Shown here piece after piece: positions 1 through 12,424 of a stretch of DNA of 64,000 nt (position 1 is its first letter; every line of letters starts with the position of its first letter). The stretch is from Octopus vulgaris. Its lineage: Eukaryota. The notes beneath the pieces are model-generated. The model did no database searches and was not told the origin of the DNA. It was given only the letters and a program-made list of their open reading frames with translations. A program made the position numbers and the translations under genes. The stretch covers positions 138,012,001 through 138,076,000 of the forward strand of contig OX597815.1 in assembly GCA_951406725.2 (NCBI GenBank). Reading direction: 5' to 3'.

Positions 1-790
1 CTTCCTTCCTGCTTCTCCCCTGGCTAAGCATACCTGTCTCCTAGCTTCCCTTCTAGCTACTTGATATAGTTCTTTCCTATTGCCACCCTTCCAGGCCTTT
101 TTCTTTTCTCTAATGGCCCTGTCAACTGTTCCAGGACCATGTTGCCTTAAGTGTGGTTGGGACTTTGCACCAACCACAAATTTGGTCTGTGACTCTCAGT
201 AAGTTGTTTTGTAGAAACTTCCAGTTGTCCTGTATGTTACATGTCTGTAACTTCTCCTTTTTATTAAATGCTTCAGTTAGGAGGTCTCTAAATCTTTGAC
301 TATTCAAAGGATCCTTAAGCTTCCAAATCCTTCTTTTCCAGACTGGTCTGCTTCGTGGAATCCTTTTAGCTTGTAGTCCGGAGTCATTAATAACTAATCT
401 ATACTGGGAGATACATTCTTCACCAGGAAAGGTCTTTGCATTTATGAACAACCATGTATCTTGCTTTCTGGTAAGAATGTAGTCAATCTGGCTTGTTTGG
501 CCACCAGATTGATTGGTTATCAAGTGACTGGATGGTGTTGCAGATCATTAGATTATTTGCATCACAGAACTCCAGTAGCCTTGATCCCTCCTCATTATGA
601 GCACCAACTCCATGGCCATTATGGACACTGTAGCCATGAAGATAAGGTCACTGATACTTGTCTTTGAGGTAGTCTGCAAAAGAATATCATAAAAAGAACC
701 CTTTTGTTCATTTGGCAGACCTGGTCGAGTGGCATAGGTAGAGATAATTGTTGCTGTACTATTTTGTAAACATTGCTTTCCCAGTCAGCC
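1..790 (-). mobile_element. Degenerate LINE (RTE/CR1-type) AP-endonuclease region
   Basis: ORF 122..523(-) contains SQIDYILTRK (APE 'IDY' motif) followed by 'WKLKD' and 'TWSWN' linker motifs typical of LINE ORF2; the frame is broken by stops on both sides. Confidence 0.7.
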
Positions 791-849
791 TCCTGCATTT
801 CACAGGCCTTTAATGAGGACTTTACACAGTCTTTAAATGTCCTGGAATT

Positions 850-1560
850 TAAGGAGCTAATGAGAGGTCAATGTTGCTTCATCCACAACTCACTCACGGT
901 TTAGAAGTTCTGAAAAATGTTCAGTCCAGCAACCTGTGATCTCTGTTGATATAGTAAACAGAGCAGAAGACTCCTTGGAAAGTGAAGGAACTGATGCAGA
1001 GCTCTTAGGCCCATAAACTTGCTTCATAAGATGGTAAAGATTCCTGCTGTCATTTGCATCAGCAGCAGCCTGAATATCTCAAGCAAGATCCTCCCACTTG
1101 GTATTCTGCATCTTCCTGAGATATCGCTGCAGTAGTAATTTTACACTGTTGCAGTGGGCAAGTGCTAGATTTTGCTGCACAGCTGAAATACCGTAATACA
1201 CTGTGGGCATGGCACTTTACAACCAGTAGTCACTGAACTTCAGCATCATTTTCATCAAATCAGTCTCTGTGTCTGGCAATAGCATATCCCAGTGTTTCAG
1301 CTTGGTCTTGAAAATCTTCCTGGTCTCGAAAATCTTCCCACACTGTAATATTTTCAATGCTGGATAAACAATTCTGAAGCTCTTTCCTCACCATGCCGTC
1401 ATATATCTTATGGACATTCAGACACAGAAGAATGTCAACTGGTCCTCTTCTTTCTTTCATTCTGATCATCATCTGGAACTTTGCTCGCACCAGGCTGTGG
1501 TCTGTCCTGCATTCTGAACAATGGAAGGACTTGACATACGACTACAGATCCAATCCATCA
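850..1560 (-). mobile_element. Second degenerate LINE ORF2 fragment (end of APE domain and linker, RTE-like)
   Basis: Minus-strand translation near 1480-1510 gives RTDHSLVRAKF (terminal APE 'S/TDH' motif); heavily decayed; boundaries approximate. Confidence 0.5.
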
Positions 1561-1657
1561 CTGGAACTGTAAAAATCTGTAAAACTTTCCAGAAGTTTAT
1601 CATTTAAATATATATGAGCATGTCTAGATACGCAACTATATGCATGAGAATACATAT

Positions 1658-2185
1658 ATCATCATCATCATCGTTTAACGTCCACTTTCCATGCTAGCAT
1701 GGGTTGGACGTATGACTGAGGGCTGGCAAACCAGATGGCTGCACCAGGCTTCAATCTTGATCTGACAGAGTTTCTACAGCTGGATGCCCTTCCTAACGCC
1801 AACCACTCTGAGAGTGTAGTGGGTGCTTTTACGTGCCAGTCAGGTGGCACTGGCAACGACCTCACTCGAATCTTTTACACATGCCACCAGCGCGGGTGCC
1901 AGTAAGGTGATGCTGGTAATGATCACGCTTGAATGGTACTTTTTACGTGCCACTGGCATGGAGGCCAGATAGCTGCTCTGGCAATGATCATGCTTGGATG
2001 GTGCTTTTAATACCCTACTAGCACAGGGCTCGACTGCCAGTAGTGTGATGCTGGTAACGATCACGCTCAAATGGTACCTTTTAAGTGCCACTGGCACGGA
2101 AGCCGGTTAGCTGCTCTGTCAATGATCACACTCATATGGTGCTCTCTGCACCCCGCTAGCACGGACGCCAGTCATCGAATTTGAA
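1658..2185 (-). mobile_element. (GAT)n-tailed SINE with internal imperfect tandem units
   Basis: Begins catcatcatcgtttaacgtcc...ccatgctagcatggg...ggatgcccttcctaacgccaaccact; many sister copies in the window; repeated 'ttttacgtgccac...gatcacgct' units. Confidence 0.8.
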
Positions 2186-4109
2186 AACATACAAATCTGC
2201 ACATACATAATAAACTGAATAATGACATACATACATACATTTTTTGCTCTTAACTTCTATGGAAAGATAGAAGATTCATACTTTACTAAATTAGTAATAC
2301 AAGCAATTCCTGACCTTCTGTTTATTACCATCCACTGCTTCTTTACTAAGCACCTTCACAACTCCTTCTAGCTTACAATCATATAAATTGGTAACAGGAA
2401 TATTGGTAGAGTCTCAAGCACCAACTCACTGCCTAGGAATTGATTCTGAAATTACTGTGTTCAGATGTGAACAGAATTTTGTCAAGGATTAATGATGTCA
2501 GCAACAACTACCCATTCAGATCCTGGTAAACACATCAAGAATTTTTGTTTTTTAATTAGTAAATAGTTGATCAGCAAAGACAAGAGAACCAACTAATGTT
2601 TAATTCATTATATCCCAATTGTGATAAACAACATATGGGATTGTTATTAATGATTTCATCTTTTCTTTGATGGACCTTGGCTATATATAAATGGTGTGCC
2701 TGGTCAATGGTCATAACACAGCCAAAGCCAACCCTCTACAAGAATTTATGCTACTCATTCAGCTATGGAATTCAATGTCTTCTGTTATTGCTGACCCACA
2801 CACATCTCTTACAGACATGCATAAACTAACTCACTTGGTGTAAATACTTTTTTTCTGTCATTCATTGCAAAGACATTTTTGTGCTAACAATAAGTATTTT
2901 GTATTTGGAACTTCACACAGATTTTGTTCTCTTCTATCAACCAACCAAAATAGTCCTTTGTTACATCTGGTGACCCTGTCTTGGCAACGCCTTGTAGCTT
3001 CTCAATACATCAAGTAACTTCAAGTACATTGTCAGTATGTCAGTCAAACTATTTCTGCATATCTCTTTTTCTAGCATTGTAGCCTGAAATTACTCTTGTA
3101 ACCTACATCTTAAGAATACTACATAGCTTTTCATCAACTTCCAAAATGATACCACATTGTCATCATTAACATTGACTAAAGTTTTTGTATTCCTGAGAGT
3201 CAACATTATCAAACTGTGTGGTTCATCTACTTAAAGGCACAGTTTTCATCTCTGTATATTCACATTTGTCAGTGCATAGACTTCATTTGTGATTGGCACC
3301 TTTCCAATAGACATCCTGCCAAAGATCTAGGATTCCATCTATTCACCAAGCAACTGCTGATCATGGAAGAGTTGGCAAAAGTGGAAGACAACAGTGAGGA
3401 ACTTTCAACACCTTTTCAATTGTTGTACAAGTGACACCAAAGCAACCAGTACACTCCTCTTCTCATTAAAAAGAAAGAAGAAAACTGTTTCTTCATCAAG
3501 ATTATACTTGTATAAAGATTCCATCTTATTTCTGCTCACACATGCATGCATAAGAACATGTATACATTCCACACATGTTGACATGTATATATTAACATAT
3601 TTATAATATTAATTCAAGCATTTAGCATCATAACATGAACACAGACACCTAGCAAGCACACATTCATTGCTAGCAATTTATACAAATTTAGGAGATGCCA
3701 ACCAACTTCAGCTACTTTTGTTCAGAAGCTTGGAAAATAACTGGATTAGTTCACTATACATCCCATATTCAGATTCACATGAATTTATGAACAACTTGGT
3801 GATTATTCTGACCCACAGGTATATGCTGTATTAACTCACAGGTGTAAACACACATGGCTATGTATGAGTTACTCACACCTTTAGCTGCACACAACCTTAA
3901 ACCTGATTTCTCTTGCATATTTTTCCCACTCCTGGCAATGCAGGGTTTTGCATCTCAAACTTTTATAGTATTTCACATACAAGACAGCACCATGATGTGC
4001 ACAAAAAATACCTTTTGTCAATATTGCCACTCTTTTCAGTACTCCCGTTTCTGTATACACTGATTCTAATGTATATTCCTGTATGCATTTCATGCCAACG
4101 CTTTCTACA

Positions 4110-4243
4110 CCGTGCCTTTCATCCTTTCAAGGTTGATAAATTAAGTACCAGTCAAGTACTGGGGGCAATGTGATTGACTATCCCCCTTCCTACAAGTTTC
4201 AGGCCTTGTGCCTATATTAGAAAGGATTATTATTATTATTATT
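4110..4243 (+). mobile_element. 3' part of tRNA-derived SINE with (TTA)n tail
   Basis: gcctttcatcctttc...gataaattaagtaccagt core shared with copies at 5340, 57150, 57394; ends in aggattattattatt. Confidence 0.7.
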
Positions 4244-5245
4244 CTATGTTTGAGTTTTGCTTTATATTTGTACAAGTTGGCTCCAAGTCTCACCCAGAGA
4301 CCTCAAGAGACAACAGGTTGGAAGTTCATGTTGTTGTTATGCCTAGTGTGCCATATATTTGGGGGGGGGGGGGGAGTTTTTGGTGTTGTACTAATGAATG
4401 TCTAAAAAAAAAAAAAAACCCCGAAAATTATGTTTGTTTTAAACCTTGAGATTACATAGAAAGTATTTTGCGTAGGATATGAGCAGTTCCCATGAGCACT
4501 ATCTTTTGAATTTCTGCCATTTTTGGGTTTCCTGGTATCTGAGTTAGGTAGCTATCAGCCCCTTTTGCTATCATTCCCAGGGCACCTATGACAACAGGTA
4601 TTGTTTTAGTCTTCAGGTTCCACATTTTGCTGATTTCTATTTCAAGATCTTTATATTTGCTCAGTTTTTGGTAGGTCTTGACAGATACGTTTATATCGAT
4701 TGGGACAGTCATATCAATGAGGAGGCATGTTCTTTGTTTGAAGTCTTTCAATATGATGTCTGGCCTATTTGCATCTATCTTTCTGTCAGTTTGAATGGTG
4801 AAGTTCCAGAGGAGTGAGATGTGGTCATTTTCAAGCACTGGGGGTGGTTTGTGTTCCCACCAGTTTTTCTCATGGGGCAAATCCAGGTTTTTGCAGATTA
4901 CCCAGTGAATATATTGTGCAGCTCTATCATGTCTGTTGAGATACTCTGTAGGCGCTAGGAGACTGCACTTAGAGACCACATGGTCAATGGTTTCATTTTG
5001 TTGCTGGCATACACGACACGTTGGACTGCTTCTGATCTTTAATATGTTGGCCTGGTAGTTTCTTGTTGGTAGGCATTGATCTTGAGCTGCTATGATAAAC
5101 CCCTCTGTTTCAGATTTTAAGCCAGAGGCCATTAGCCATTGATGGATCAGGGCTTTGTCAACATCTGCATTATTTGCTCTCTTTGGGTATTTGCCATAGA
5201 GAGGTTTTTCTTGCCATTTATCATTCAGAATATCTAAGGCCGCAG

Positions 5246-5246
<1 letters not shown>
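4244..5246 (-). mobile_element. 5'-truncated non-LTR retrotransposon with restriction-like endonuclease (R4/Dong-like), C-terminal ORF plus 3' UTR
   Basis: ORF 4452..5132(-): 'AAQDQCL', CCHC knuckle CRVC-x7-H-x4-C, 'RHD', PD-(D/E)xK nuclease RPDIIL...LIDMTVP...KLSKY; bounded on both sides by (TTA)n. Confidence 0.85.
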
Positions 5247-5331
<85 letters not shown>

Positions 5332-5340
5332 TATTATCAT
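5246..5340. repeat. (TTA)n microsatellite
   Basis: Direct reading of sequence. Confidence 0.95.
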
Positions 5341-5555
5341 GGAAGCCAGTGAGCTAGCAGAATTGTTAGCATGTCTGGCAAAATCTTAGTGGCATTTCAT
5401 CCATCATTATGTTCTGAGTTCAAGTTCTATGGAAGTTGACTTTGCCTTTCATCCTTTCAGGCTTTATAAATTAAGTACCAGTGAAACACTGGGGTCAATG
5501 TAATCGACTAGTCTCTTCCCCACAAACTTTAGTAGAAAGGATTATTATTATTATT
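5340..5555 (+). mobile_element. tRNA-derived SINE
   Basis: gagctagcagaattgttagc (A-box-like), gagttcaagttc (B-box-like), gcctttcatcctttc core, (TTA)n tail. Confidence 0.75.
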
Positions 5556-6537
5556 AAGCACTCAACAAAACCACTTCTCACACACTCTACCACAATGAAC
5601 CAAACTATGTTTCTACATCCCTTCTCTTCCTCACATTTCTGCTTCATGTACTATGATTACCTCCCATTCCCCAATCTTGTCCTCTTGGCCTGGTGCCACT
5701 GTATCACTGCTTGCTCCCAACCTGTGCATTCTATCCACATACCTTGTCTCACTCTATTATTGCCATCTGCTAGCCTACCCCAACAAACCAATCTACATCC
5801 CTTCTCTTTCTTGCATTTCCTCTTTCATTCACTATGCCTAGCTCTCACTCCCCAATCCTGTCCTCACACCCCTATTCCTCTATGCCATTGCTATCTGATA
5901 GCCCCTCCAACTCTATATATATCCAGGTCTTTTGCCACTTACACTCCCTTCACAATATCCTGTCACTTGCCACTATCTATATCTCTCTCTTCCTGTACTC
6001 AACCATCTCATTTATACTTTGATCCCTGTTCCTTGTGAGTATGCTCAGCATTTTGTCACCTTCTCCATCCTGTGGTCTCCTACTCTCTCTCTCTCTCTTT
6101 CTCCAGCACTTCCCTCAGGATGGGCAACCATGTATTTTCTTTGTGGTAGCACATCTGTTTCTGTCTTCATGCCTGATCTTTCTCTCTCTGGCCAGGTAAC
6201 CTTATACTTCCTCTACAGCAAGACGCTTGTATCTATCTCACTATAACCATTTTAACATCATCTTCTCCAATGCCTCCTCCCCTCCTTAAAAGTTTTTGTC
6301 TTGAAGCACTTGGTGACCCTGTCAGTGCAGGTACCACTTAAAAGCACCCAGTCCACACTGTAAAAATCCTGCCCAAACAGTCACAGAAGTCTGGTGCAGG
6401 CTTCGGCCTGGCTGGCACTTATGGTAATGTCCCACCCATGCTAGCATGGAACACAGATGTTAAATAATAATAATAATAATAATAATAATAATCATCATCA
6501 TCATCGTCATCATTATCATTATTATTATTATTATTAT

Positions 6538-6710
6538 GGAGGGCGGTGAGCTGGCAGAACTGTTAGCATGCCAAGCAAAATGCTTAGTGGTATTTTGTCT
6601 GTCTGCATGTTCTGAGTTCAATGTGGTCAATGTAATCGACTTAACCACTTCCCCCAAATTTGAGGCTTTGTACTTCCAGTAGAAAGGATTAAAATTATCA
6701 TTATTATTAT
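6538..6710 (+). mobile_element. tRNA-derived SINE, internally deleted
   Basis: ggcggtgagctggcagaactgttagcatgc head as at 57394; (TTA)n tail. Confidence 0.7.
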
Positions 6711-6764
6711 GGAAGGCACTTATAGTTGATGCAGCAAACACTGCAATTGGTGCTGTTTTACAGT

Positions 6765-6935
6765 GCTCAGGTGCACCATAAATTGTCAAAAGTGCGTATA
6801 AAGCATATGCAGTAATGTACAAATGTCTGGAAAGTGAACACTGTATGAGTCAGATAGATGCTTGCGTGTGTATGAAGAGGAGAAAATCAGGTGTAGTGTT
6901 GGCAAATCTCAGGAAACATCAATTGTATTTCAGGA
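6765..6935 (-). mobile_element. 3' end fragment of the CR1-type LINE seen at 40.1-41.5 kb
   Basis: acagtgctcaggtgcacca...gtgtagtgttggcaaatctcagg closely matches about 40068-40225. Confidence 0.8.
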
Positions 6936-7254
6936 TGTTCATTTTTTTTATCAGGACTCTTGCAACACAAATTCATAAATGTAACTTTTAAATCTTTAAA
7001 ATTCTATTTATAGTAATATAACATTTGTTTTAGGTTTTCCCTATACTTTACCTATTTTGCCTTTTTTATTGCTAATTTTTTTCTTTGTACTCTATTGTTT
7101 TTCTTGTTCCTTATTGTTCAATTCTTTATAGTTTACCACTGCTCCTGCCTTGTATTTTCTACATGCATATCAATAAATCTTCTCTTAAACATTCTACCTG
7201 GTTGTGTCTCTTATTTCTCTCTGGCACATATATGCATTGTTCTATATATTTATT

Positions 7255-7385
7255 GTATCGACCGTGTGATGTATTAAGGAGCCATTCTCATCACCTTGCT
7301 TCGCACGGACGTCACAAATCGGCGACCCGTTCCAGCTCCTTGAAACTACAAAACAATTATAATGGGAGATGGAGTTACTCCACAG
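7255..7385. promoter_or_regulatory. Candidate PDE12 promoter (CpG patch with CRE-like and ACTACA/TCCCA ZNF143-like motifs)
   Basis: Unique CpG-containing patch about 500 bp upstream of the ATG: ggacgtcac, aaactacaa, and on the minus strand aactccatctcccattat. Motif-level inference only. Confidence 0.35.
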
Positions 7386-7842
7386 ATACATAAACCTTCA
7401 CTTTCATTATAAAACTATATTTCATTGTGTAGTAAAACAGTAGAATCCGAAAACAATGAAATGTATTTTATTGAAGGAGATTTTGACGTGCAATAGTTTG
7501 TCGGTTGTAAATATCACCTAAGCAACAGTGTTGCCTGAACAATAAATAATGTATTAACTATAAGTAAAATTTAGTTGAATAATTTGAAAGACGTTATGCT
7601 GTTGAGTTACAAGGATATTTTATATCTTTTGAATAGCACTGAAATAAATGCCACTAATACCACACTAACAACCCGTAATACTTTCTTCTGTAACAAAGTG
7701 GTTTATATTTCTTGGCAAAATAAATAATTAATTTCTTCAAAATATTACATCAGCTGTCAATTATACCAAATTTAGAGTCATCTCCCTTCCATAGATCCGG
7801 TGTAAGAATGAAAAATTCCTTTTATAATTTAGCCCACAGGCC

Positions 7843-8744
7843 ATGCAGCGTTGTTTGGTGTTGGGTGTTGGTCGTCGATTACTAAATAATCAATTATTTA
7901 CTGCTAGAACCTGTAGTCAATGTTGTACTGTTACTGAAAGATCAGCTGCCCTCTCACATTATATCCATAGACACCAAGTAACAAGAGTTTTTTGTGTTTT
8001 AAGCTGCAACAACAATATGTCCTTCAATAATTTGAACGTAACTTGTCTGCCGGATGACGAAACACTGAAAATAAGTTTTGAATATAGTCATAATGGGCTA
8101 CCAGCGCGGAACTTTAACCTTCAAAGAAATAAAAATGAATTACTGGGACAGTCTTTGTTGAGACTACGTGCTAACATGTCTCGATTTCTGAACAAGTGCA
8201 AGAAGAAGAAAAAGGAAAGAAACGCAATCCCTAAAGTGGAAGATGAAGATGCATTGCCAATTTCTGTATGGAGAGATGATCATCAACTCAGTGACACAAC
8301 ACCAAATGTTGAAGCTTGGACAGCTGGTTCCGAATTACATATTGGTGATAAAGTGTTCCACGTATTAGTAAACGGTCCGGCAGTAAATAAACTGATAATA
8401 CCGTCCAGTATGATGGTTAATTTTCCTGTTTACATTCAAATGGATTGCGAGTTTACTGATATCACCCAATGTACAGTGACATGGTATCGAGCAACGAAAA
8501 AAGATTCTGAGAATACTGATGGTGTAAGGGAATGGCAAGAAATGTCATCGTCTACTGTATATAGTCCGACCATGGCTGATATGGGTCATCGATTGAAAGT
8601 AAAGTGTGTCCCTCAAAACATGGAAAGGAATTTGATTGGAAAAGCAGTGACGGCAGAGTCTTCATCAGTTGTAAATGCTGGTCCTGGTTATTGTCCATTT
8701 GAAACAAGGCATCAGTTTACAAAAGAAAAAACTGACGAATTAAG
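7843..8744 (+). CDS. PDE12: PDE12 coding exon 1 (presequence-like N-terminus and N-terminal domain)
   Basis: ORF MQRCLVLG...YSPTMADMGHRLKVKCVP...AGPGYCPFETRHQFT matches the PDE12 N-terminal region; donor AG|GTATTT at 8744/8745, phase 2. Confidence 0.9.
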
Positions 8745-10880
8745 GTATTTCTTTCATATATTTAGATATATATCTTTAATTGTTTCTTTCTCGTCTTCAT
8801 CGTTGTAATTATGACCATCCAAAGCAAACATGGGTCGGATGAATCTGTTATTCAATATTCAGGTCGGCATTTTTCGAATACGATCTGATTAGTTCTTCCT
8901 AAGTCTATCAATACAGTGTCAGTATGTAGCACCAATTCATATTACATGTCCATTCTAATAACGCTATTTCCAATATATGCACTTAACAATGACTCAAATG
9001 TCCCGCCATCTAATTCACATGTATTTCTTATACGAATGTCCGTACGTAGTCGCTCTACCTGCTAGAAATAGCAGGAAATTTATATTTCCTTCAGACCTAC
9101 CGTCTTAAAAAAAAATACATACTGGATTATGTATTTCTAGATGCCTTTAAAAGGGTGGACAGTCCTGGCTAGAACACCTTTGATCAAAGTTCTGCTTGAT
9201 GAGGATTGACCTGTGACTAAACGTACTCAAACTTATTCTTTAATTTCTCTAGATTTTCTAAAGTGGTTTCGGCTTATACTTAAACATTTTTGATTGTTTA
9301 TTGTTCAAATAGGTATTAAAAGAAGCAATACTTAAAATCTCCTCTAGTTTATGTGGTCACCTCTTAGTTTAAATTACTGTTATTTAGGTGATAAATCTAC
9401 TTTTTTTATTTTTCAATTAAGTTATCTTAGCCGTTCATTCAGTTTATAGTTGTTCTGGTAATTATTTACAATCTTGTCTCAGACAATTTCTGCTTTCCAG
9501 TCCATTTGTCAGAAGTTCTGTTGTCATCTATTGCCTATATAGAATTATGTATTTTCTCATATCCCTGGCACTTATTTATCACAGCCCAGTTCTTTTGCAG
9601 AACTTTAGCCCAGATTCTTAGTCTTACATTTAAAATTACTCCATGCATGACAAAATCTCATGCAGAATGTAATAGAACGTTTTGGCAACATAATTAGTGC
9701 TTGAGGTTGATGTAGTGATAATATAAAAATAGCTATAAGAAAGGAGGACCAGAGGAGTTCCAAGAGGTTGTTAGTATCTATGGAAAAGGGTTTTCTCTCA
9801 CTATGTCAAATGTAGATGGAATCCTGTGTAAAAAAAAAGATGGAGAAGACCATGGGGCACATGTATTGTTGAACTTCTCAGGAGGACCAGTAGGCTGCCA
9901 AAATACACTGGAAAGACATTGAAGAGCAAGTAGCAACTTGAGAAAACTGATGGAGAACTACTGTCCAATGTGCAAACATACTTGATATAGATTAACAGAT
10001 GAAGGCAGGTGACTAATGAATCAATTATGGATGTATTGGATGTTTTGTGGAGGAACAGAAGTGTGCTGTGAGAGCAACTGGACATTAAAACCAGCAATGA
10101 TATTGTTACTTAGTCCCAGTTTATTCTTGATTGGACAACATCTAATCAAAAGGCTTTCCAACAATGACCATCCCATCTTCTTTATGGAAACAATGTATCT
10201 AGAATCAGACTATCTAGTAATTCTGTCTTTTTTTTTAGATGGTTTAGTGTGGTTTGAGGGAGATGTAGCTACTATTTCTAACTAGTTTTATGACTATTTA
10301 TAAGCTCCTCCAAAGTAGATGTTAGGAGAGCAATGTAAGTGGGAACTAGTTCTGATTAGCTAGGATTTGTATGAATGCTATGAATGATATAGTTATTGTT
10401 ACTGTGATTGAAGAAAAAATCTATGATCAAAGGCAATCTGTCCATGACCATCAGCTTTTTGTATATCTAGAATTGCATTACTGAATATCTTTCCTTATTC
10501 AAATGACTGTGAATCAAACCTGCTATTATTTCTAGCAGGTTGAGTGACCATACAGAAGTTGTTTAATTGATTTGTGTTGATAACTGAGTATGTGATGATC
10601 AAACTGTTAGAAAATTATTTTAGGATAACTAATGAATATAGAGATGGATTAGGTTTTTGTACTACTGGCCGAACAAGAACTTTTAAGACTACTGTTCTGA
10701 ATGAAAGTAAAATTTCTAGCAGGTGTGGTTGTATGGTCATAAGTCCACTTTCCAACCACATGGTTCTGGATTCAATTCTATTGTGTGGAATCTTGGGAAA
10801 GTGTCTTCTTTTATAACTCTGGGCCAACCAAAGCCTTATGAATGGGTTTGGTAGACAGAAAATAAAAGAAGCCTGTTGTG

Positions 10881-10917
<37 letters not shown>

Positions 10918-10919
<2 letters not shown>

Positions 10920-11575
10920 TCATCATCATTGTTGTTTAATGTCTGCTTTCTGTCCTGGCATGGGTTGGACGGTTTGTTTGATAGCTGGCAAGCCAGAAGG
11001 CTGCTCCAGGCTTCAATCTGATCTGGCAAAGTTTCTACAGCTCGATGCCCTTCCTAATGCCAACCACACTTGAATGGTGCTTTTTACATGCCACCAGCAC
11101 GGGAGCCAGTCAGGTGACACTAGCAACGAACATGCTCAAATGTTGGTATTTACTTGACACCAGCATGGGACCAGTCAGGCAGCACTGACATCAGACTACA
11201 CTTGAATGGTGCTTTTTATGTGCCACTGGCATGCCTGCTAGACAGGCGGTACTTGCATCAGCCATGACAATGACTTCACTTGACTCAACAGGTCTTTGCA
11301 AGCACAGTTTATTGCCCAATGATTGAAGGGTGCTCTTAAATGGGCTGGTTATGCTGCACTGTCATAGGCCATGGTTATGGTCTCATTTGGTTTGCCAGGT
11401 CTTCTCAAGCACAGCATATCTCCAAAGGTTTCGGTCACTTGTCATTGCCTCTGTGAAGCCCAACATTTGAAGGTTGTGCTTCACCACCTCATCCCAGGTC
11501 TTTCTGGGTCTTCCTTTTCCACAGGTTTCTTCTATTGCTAGGGTGTGATACTTTTTCACACAGCTGTTGTGTATA
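10918..11575 (-). mobile_element. (GAT)n-tailed element including the RTE LINE ORF2 C-terminus
   Basis: SINE-type tail plus ORF 11383..11580(-) [15 protein letters not shown]...DRNLWR, the RTE C-terminal motif. Confidence 0.75.
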
Positions 11576-11668
11576 CACACTGATATTACACATGCAGCAG
11601 AGCATACTAGCTTTATTTCTTGGAAGCTTATGCATGTCCTTAGCAGTCACAGCCCATGTTTTGCTGCC

Positions 11669-11714
<46 letters not shown>

Positions 11715-12389
11715 CCCTACAAGGTGGTGCTCCAGCATGGTCGCAACCAAGTGACTGAAACAAGTAAAGGAATAAAAGAATATTATATATATATATATAA
11801 TGTGTGTATGTGTGACGGTCATACAAGCAGTGTCATTTATTTCCAATTTACTGTGAGAACATGTCTCATAGGTGAAATATTACCCTGCTTGGAAACAGGC
11901 GAGAGTTGGTGACACTCAGAACATCAGGCTATAGAAAATTTGCCTTCTAACCCATGCAAGCATGGAAAAGTGAATGTTAAAATGATAACGACGACAATGA
12001 TGATGACTAATTGAAGCAGTAGACATTAAATAGTTATTGTTGTACAGACATTTGAGAACAGGATCAGACTCATTTAGGATAGAAATTATTTGTTTGTTTG
12101 TTTTTACATCCACTTTTCCATGTTATCAAGGGTTGGATGATGACTTCTTTAAGTAGTATTTTGCAGTTGAATCCCTTCGTGTCACTGACTCTTTTCTATT
12201 TTTCAAGTAAAGGATTTTTATACTCTTCTTGTCTTCAACAGTGCAGAGCTACAAGCAATATTATTTACAGGGAATGTAAACATGACCACCATTTGGTTCA
12301 AATGAAGACGTGTAGAATGTAAACATTAATGCATGCTCAAGTACACGTATACATAAACACACAAATGTGCACGCATACACACACACACA

Positions 12390-12424
<35 letters not shown>

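Noticed and set aside
2300-3450. Coding-like composition, possible exon of a divergent gene
   Set aside because: Frames checked were interrupted by stops and no motif was recognised; probably an old transposon.
5481-6246. 185-aa and 104-aa ORFs
   Set aside because: Pyrimidine-rich low-complexity sequence starting inside a SINE; no splice or domain support.
8745-8808. Single-exon 321-aa protein
   Set aside because: Tail after 8744 is intronic read-through; the phase-2 donor joins exon 2 to complete PDE12.
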